Source of the DNA: Eledone cirrhosa
Taxonomy: Eukaryota
Assembly (NCBI GenBank): GCA_964016885.1
Contig: OZ024744.1
Coordinates: forward strand, 112,964,001-113,028,000
DNA length: 64,000 nucleotides
Direction: 5' to 3'
Positions within the stretch are counted from its first letter, which is position 1; each line of letters starts with the position of its first letter. Positions 62,101 through 64,000 of this stretch are shown here, piece after piece. The translations under genes and the position numbers were made by a program. Below the pieces are notes generated by a model. That model saw only the letters and a list, made by a program, of their open reading frames with translations. It had not been told where the DNA came from and did not search any database.

Positions 62101-63421
62101 CTTGATCCTTCTTTCTTAATCCTTTCTTCCTCATACTGCTTTGATTCTCCTCTGATCCCTCCTCTCTTGATTCTTCTTCCTTGATCCTTCTTTCTTAATC
62201 CTTTCTGCCTCATACTGCTTTGATTCTCCTTTGATCCTTCCTCTCTTGATTCTTCTTCCTTGATCCTTCTTTCTTAATCCTTTCTTCCTCATACTGCTTT
62301 GATTCTCCTCTGATCCTTCCTCTCTTGATTCTTCTTCCTTGATCCTTCTTTCTTAATCCTTTCTTCCTCATACTGCTTTGATTCTCCTCTGATCCTTCCT
62401 CTCTTGATTCTTCTTCCTTGATCCTTCTTTCTTAATCCTTTCTTCCTCATACTGCTTTGATTCTCCTCTGATCCTTCCTCTCTTGATTCTTCTTCCTTGA
62501 TCCTTCTTTCTTAATCCTTTCTTCCTCATACTGCTTTGATTCTCCTCTGATCCTTCCTCTCTTGATTCTTCTTCCTTGATCCTTCTTTCTTAATCCTTTC
62601 TTCCTCATACTGCTTTGATTCTCCTCTGATCCTTCCTCTCTTGATTCTTCTTCCTTGATCCTTCTTTCTTAATCCTTTCTTCTTCATACTGCTTTGATTC
62701 TCCTTCCCCGATCCTTCCTTCTCCATCCTTCCTTCCCTCATTCTTGATCCTAACATTTGTTCTGAGTTACTAGAATTTGTTCTCATTAGAATTTCAACTT
62801 CTCTGTCTTTTTGTAAGAGTTACCATATTTTTGGTGCCAAACTCAACCTTTAATTCAATATAACATTTTATAACTCATTTCTTTGTTTTTATTTATTTTT
62901 TACAGTTATTGGACATTTTCCTTCTCCTAATTCCTGTATTTTTAAGCAACATATCTACCCCGACAAAAGTGGATGGCATCACGAGTGTAATTCTTGTCAC
63001 TGTAACAATGGTCACATTTATTGTACGAAGGTAAGGAGTTTATGATAAAGGTTTGATAAGAAGATTTAGGGGGTGGGGTGGAGGTGTTATTGTTTCGTTT
63101 TTGTTGTTACTTTTGTCAATATTTATTATGATGAGGTTGTTTTTACATTTGAAGGTTTGGTGTGGACCCAAAAATTGCTTGAGTCATCCAAATGTGTCTG
63201 AGCCTGTGGATATATGTGCACGTGACGAAACTTGTGTTGTTAAAACAATGCAAACATGCTTTACACCACCCTGTTTGCCCTGGGGTCATTGTAAACATAT
63301 ATCCAGAATAGAAGATTCTGCTCCCAGAGATATACAAACCAACTGTATACCAAATGAAGCAAAAATCAGCAATAACTGTGCAAAGATCAGCCTTCTCTTT
63401 GATAAATCTCAGATGCCGAAA
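16398..63421 (+). CDS. JAG1: Jagged/Serrate-family Notch ligand, partial spliced CDS (15 exons; EGF3-16, vWFC, juxtamembrane region); 5' and 3' exons outside window
   Basis: Hand-spliced exons with GT-AG ends and consistent phases give a stop-free frame of about 692 codons. It contains [15 protein letters not shown] (Jagged EGF3), the interrupted EGF10 (VIDHCTISV...[10 protein letters not shown]), [17 protein letters not shown], and v[23 protein letters not shown]. This architecture fits Jagged/Serrate rather than Delta or Notch. Confidence 0.95.
17280..17393 (+). CDS. JAG1: Jagged exon, EGF4 (114 bp): [38 protein letters not shown]
   Basis: tttccag|TTGAT...GAAACTG|gtatgg; six-Cys EGF; phase 1-1. 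Confidence 0.93.
17505..17958. repeat. TA-rich complex minisatellite (TAGGGTATATATATAGT variants), interrupted by a SINE
   Basis: Read directly; the motif resumes at ~18140-18250. Confidence 0.85.
17960..18135 (-). mobile_element. tRNA-derived SINE (~180 bp family; also ~8000-8087, 10015-10140, 27240-27430, 34447-34625, 34712-34900, 36480-36615, 55560-55770, 55778-55957)
   Basis: B box GAGTTCAAATCC(C), shared body TTTGCCTTTCATCCTTACGGGGTCGATAAAATAAAGTACCAGT, tail GAAACAATTAT. Confidence 0.88.
18812..19093. mobile_element. MITE-like element with terminal inverted repeats
   Basis: AAGCCCCCT...AGGGGGCTT termini with subterminal TAGCACC/GGTGCCA; partial inverted copy at ~36350-36468. Confidence 0.55.
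19170..21270 (-). mobile_element. RTE-clade LINE reverse transcriptase pseudogene (5'-truncated, frameshifted)
   Basis: Consecutive minus frames: [62 protein letters not shown]; (GAT)n tail. Confidence 0.95.
21568..21730. repeat. 18-bp minisatellite (GTCTGTGTGTATACACAT), ~9 copies
   Basis: Read directly. Confidence 0.95.
21880..22100 (+). mobile_element. Fragment of R4/Dong-like LINE restriction-like endonuclease region
   Basis: Translates [32 protein letters not shown] (EKxxKYxDL...W...VVPxVIG motif). Confidence 0.7.
22246..22473 (+). CDS. JAG1: Jagged exon, EGF5-6 (228 bp): [16 protein letters not shown]...[41 protein letters not shown]
   Basis: ttttccccag|ATATT...GATATGA|gtaagt; calcium-binding EGF consensus. 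Confidence 0.95.
24707..26225. mobile_element. ~1.5 kb element with long (~250 bp) inverted terminal arms, within (TA)n
   Basis: ~24800-25035 is the reverse complement of ~25985-26220. Confidence 0.8.
27620..27895 (+). mobile_element. Fossil CRE-like non-LTR retrotransposon restriction-like endonuclease domain
   Basis: [30 protein letters not shown] / CDTFS / AEERKITKY...[10 protein letters not shown], matching the RPD...WD...KxxKY...FxPxxxETxG pattern. Confidence 0.7.
28102..30045. repeat. 47-bp tandem array (~41 copies) inside an RTE LINE 3' fragment spanning ~28065-30441
   Basis: GTGCTAC at 28142 and 28189; LINE sequence resumes after the array and ends in (GAT)n. Confidence 0.96.
30939..31406 (+). 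mobile_element. Young 5'-truncated RTE LINE 3' end
   Basis: Open 149-aa frame ([31 protein letters not shown]) followed by (GAT)n; same family as 19170-21270. Confidence 0.93.
31441..31487 (+). CDS. JAG1: Jagged 47-bp micro-exon, first half of EGF7: [16 protein letters not shown]
   Basis: tctcttccag|ACATC...TGTGTT|gtgagt; phase 1-0, exactly what is needed to join the flanking exons. Confidence 0.92.
32485..32938. mobile_element. Fold-back copy of a dispersed Penelope/retrozyme-like repeat (other copies ~7935-8340, 10740-10900, 38115-38390, 59055-59303, 61880-62010)
   Basis: ~150-bp inverted arms; shared GGTCATGTTGCCAATAA...TTTCACTTCAATTTATT block. Confidence 0.75.
32736..32780 (+). ncRNA. 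Putative minimal type-I hammerhead ribozyme in a dispersed repeat
   Basis: AGTCA-CTGAAGA-G-GTCACA(GAGTG)TGTGAC-GAAA-GGAC-TA-TGACT: stem I AGTCA/TGACT, core CUGANGA and GAAA, NUH = CUA. Confidence 0.6.
33191..33364 (+). CDS. JAG1: Jagged exon, EGF7 second half + EGF8 (174 bp): [10 protein letters not shown]...GYVGLQCQ
   Basis: tttgcag|AACCTT...TGTCAG|gtatga; phase 0-0. Confidence 0.95.
35237..35925. repeat. ~42-bp tandem array (~16 copies) with internal hairpin GGGGTCAC..GTGACCCC
   Basis: Read directly. Confidence 0.95.
36806..36956 (+). CDS. JAG1: Jagged exon, EGF9 + start of interrupted EGF10 (151 bp): [11 protein letters not shown]...[10 protein letters not shown]
   Basis: tcaacag|ATTGCT...TGTGATG|gtttgt; phase 0-1. 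Confidence 0.92.
37072..37192. repeat. 24-bp tandem repeat (5 copies) resembling the first 24 nt of the downstream exon
   Basis: GTTATTGACCCTTGTATCATATCT versus exon start GTTATTGACCACTGTACCATATCT. Confidence 0.93.
37202..37366 (+). CDS. JAG1: Jagged exon, EGF10 with Jagged/Serrate-specific insertion (165 bp): [32 protein letters not shown]...YCHE
   Basis: gttaacag|TTATT...CACGAAA|gtaaga; phase 1-1. Confidence 0.93.
37550..38075 (+). mobile_element. Decayed RTE LINE endonuclease-RT linker fragment
   Basis: [24 protein letters not shown], homologous to [24 protein letters not shown] in the 21 kb copy. Confidence 0.8.
38511..38624 (+). CDS. JAG1: Jagged exon, EGF11 (114 bp): [38 protein letters not shown]
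   Basis: catttcag|ACATA...CCGCA|gtgagt. Confidence 0.95.
38887..44925. repeat. 80-bp tandem satellite, ~75 copies
   Basis: Exact 80-bp period with no indels until the end. Confidence 0.98.
45141..50562. repeat. 52-bp tandem satellite, ~104 copies
   Basis: CACACAG at 45141, 45193 and onward. Confidence 0.98.
50662..50775 (+). CDS. JAG1: Jagged exon, EGF12 (114 bp): [38 protein letters not shown]
   Basis: gtttcag|ATATA...ATTCAA|gtaagg. Confidence 0.95.
51015..52175. repeat. 29-bp minisatellite (GGAGGGGAATATTACACCTGTTTCACTTT), ~40 copies; short sister array at ~31755-31890
   Basis: Read directly. Confidence 0.97.
52559..52672 (+). CDS. JAG1: Jagged exon, EGF13 (114 bp): [38 protein letters not shown]
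   Basis: polypyrimidine tract, ctaaccag|AAGTC...CAATTAG|gtgaga. Confidence 0.94.
   Translation, partial: KSTNVILSHVPMEEVVRIWEHHFNVFVQMDSMEMPVN
52718..53712. repeat. 22-bp minisatellite (GAGATGTACCTGTCACTTGTGG), ~45 copies
   Basis: Read directly. Confidence 0.97.
54169..54313 (+). CDS. JAG1: Jagged exon, EGF14 + start of EGF15 (145 bp): [11 protein letters not shown]...NINDCKPFP(C)
   Basis: tttcaaag|CTTCC...CCTTG|gtaact; phase 1-2. Confidence 0.93.
54553..55458 (-). mobile_element. Internally deleted DNA transposon fossil, probably Chapaev3/CMC-like
   Basis: Minus frame FLENRK..NY...SLKVHIL...[15 protein letters not shown]; imperfect TIRs TACAGTGTAACA / TGTTACATAGTG. Superfamily assignment is from recalled motif similarity. 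Confidence 0.65.
56020..56270 (-). mobile_element. R4/Dong-like LINE C-terminal fragment
   Basis: Minus frame [12 protein letters not shown]...[17 protein letters not shown]. Confidence 0.65.
56328..56413 (+). CDS. JAG1: Jagged exon, rest of EGF15 (86 bp): (C)[28 protein letters not shown]
   Basis: (gtt)n tttcag|TTATA...GAATAA|gtaagt; phase 2-1. Confidence 0.95.
56433..57519. repeat. 45/48-bp minisatellite, ~23 copies
   Basis: CACTACCACTTTACAGAGTGTACTGGGTGTATTTTA core; both unit lengths are multiples of 3. Confidence 0.96.
57692..58351. repeat. 65-bp tandem array (~10 copies); same unit again at 63870-64000
   Basis: GAGATT at 57885 and 57950. Confidence 0.95.
58477..58590 (+). CDS. JAG1: Jagged exon, EGF16 (114 bp): [38 protein letters not shown]
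   Basis: tttcag|ATATA...AAAATG|gttagt. Confidence 0.95.
58760..59030 (-). mobile_element. Mariner transposase fossil fragment
   Basis: Minus strand [20 protein letters not shown], a decayed HPPYSPDLAPCDFFLF motif. Confidence 0.8.
59308..61652. repeat. 120-bp tandem satellite, ~19.5 copies
   Basis: 120-bp period; 40-aa repeat frame on the minus strand. Confidence 0.97.
62017..62705. repeat. 79-bp pyrimidine-rich tandem array, ~8.5 copies
   Basis: CATACTGC at 62053 and 62132. Confidence 0.95.
62906..63030 (+). CDS. JAG1: Jagged exon, vWFC first part (125 bp): [42 protein letters not shown]
   Basis: ttttacag|TTATT...ACGAAG|gtaagg; W-x3-C-x2-C-x-C-x2-G-x3-C vWFC motif. Confidence 0.94.
63155..63421 (+). 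CDS. JAG1: Jagged exon, vWFC second part + juxtamembrane region (267 bp): VWCGPKNCL...[15 protein letters not shown]
   Basis: tttgaag|GTTTGG...CCGAAA|gtaagt; CFTPPC and [10 protein letters not shown] motifs. Confidence 0.93.
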
Positions 63422-63467
63422 GTAAGTTGTAATATAATTTACTTATATATTAACATTCCCTCTGCCT

Positions 63468-63546
<79 letters not shown>
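63468..63546. repeat. (CAT)n microsatellite, probably an expanded minus-strand RTE/SINE tail
   Basis: Followed by TTTTACGTC, as in other RTE 3' ends in this window. Confidence 0.85.
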
Positions 63547-63547
<1 letters not shown>

Positions 63548-64000
63548 TTTACGTCTTATATAAATACATACTATGAAGAAGAAAGCTTGATGTGGTTATT
63601 ACTGGCACTATATATAGACATCTATTACTGAATGTCTTCTTCTTCACTTATTCCTTGGAAAGTTGCCCCAAATATTCCCTCCAGCAGGTCCTGTCTGAAG
63701 CAACTGACTCCAAATGATCCGGCCTGATCCCCAAGCGAGACCAGCCAAGCTCATGGATATTATCCAACCATCTTGCTCGGGATCTACTCCTGGGTCTCCT
63801 GCTGGTTGGTTTGCTCGTAAAATCTGTCCAGCAACTCTGATACTACAGACATGTGGTTAGAATGTCTAAACATTCTAACCACATGTACATAGTATCAGAG
63901 CTGTGATCTCTCAATTCAGAGATTCTTTCCTGAGACATTCTAACCACATGTCATAGTATCAGAGCTGTGATCTCTCAATACAGAGATTCTTTCCTGAGAC

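Noticed and set aside
16398-63421. Notch, Delta, Crumbs or fibropellin as identity of the EGF gene
   Set aside because: The interrupted EGF10, the EGF3 DLNYC signature and a vWFC domain after the last EGF are diagnostic of Jagged/Serrate.
63422-63631. Poly-His extension of the Jagged ORF
   Set aside because: Lies after the GTAAGT donor at 63422; it is an intronic (CAT)n microsatellite.

Overview
This is AT-rich animal genomic DNA; the repeat families and microsatellite style look like a coleoid cephalopod (Octopus-like), which is an inference. The window lies inside one large + strand gene, a Jagged/Serrate Notch ligand. I could place 15 GT-AG exons by hand (16398-63421, 2078 coding nt, phases mutually consistent), encoding EGF3-EGF16, the vWFC/cysteine-rich domain and the start of the juxtamembrane region. 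The N-terminal (C2/DSL/EGF1-2) and TM/intracellular exons are outside the window. Introns are filled with decayed RTE, CRE-like and R4-like LINEs, tRNA-derived SINEs, DNA-transposon fossils and fold-back elements. About 14 tandem arrays (18-120 bp units) cover roughly 40% of the window. Two patterns stand out. (1) Most arrays can be traced to the sequence they sit in: LINE ORF motifs, SINE parts, and even the gene's own exon boundaries, suggesting pervasive in-situ tandem amplification. (2) Several dispersed repeat families carry minimal type-I hammerhead-ribozyme cores of the Penelope/retrozyme kind. Nearly all ORFs in the supplied track are artefacts of repeats.
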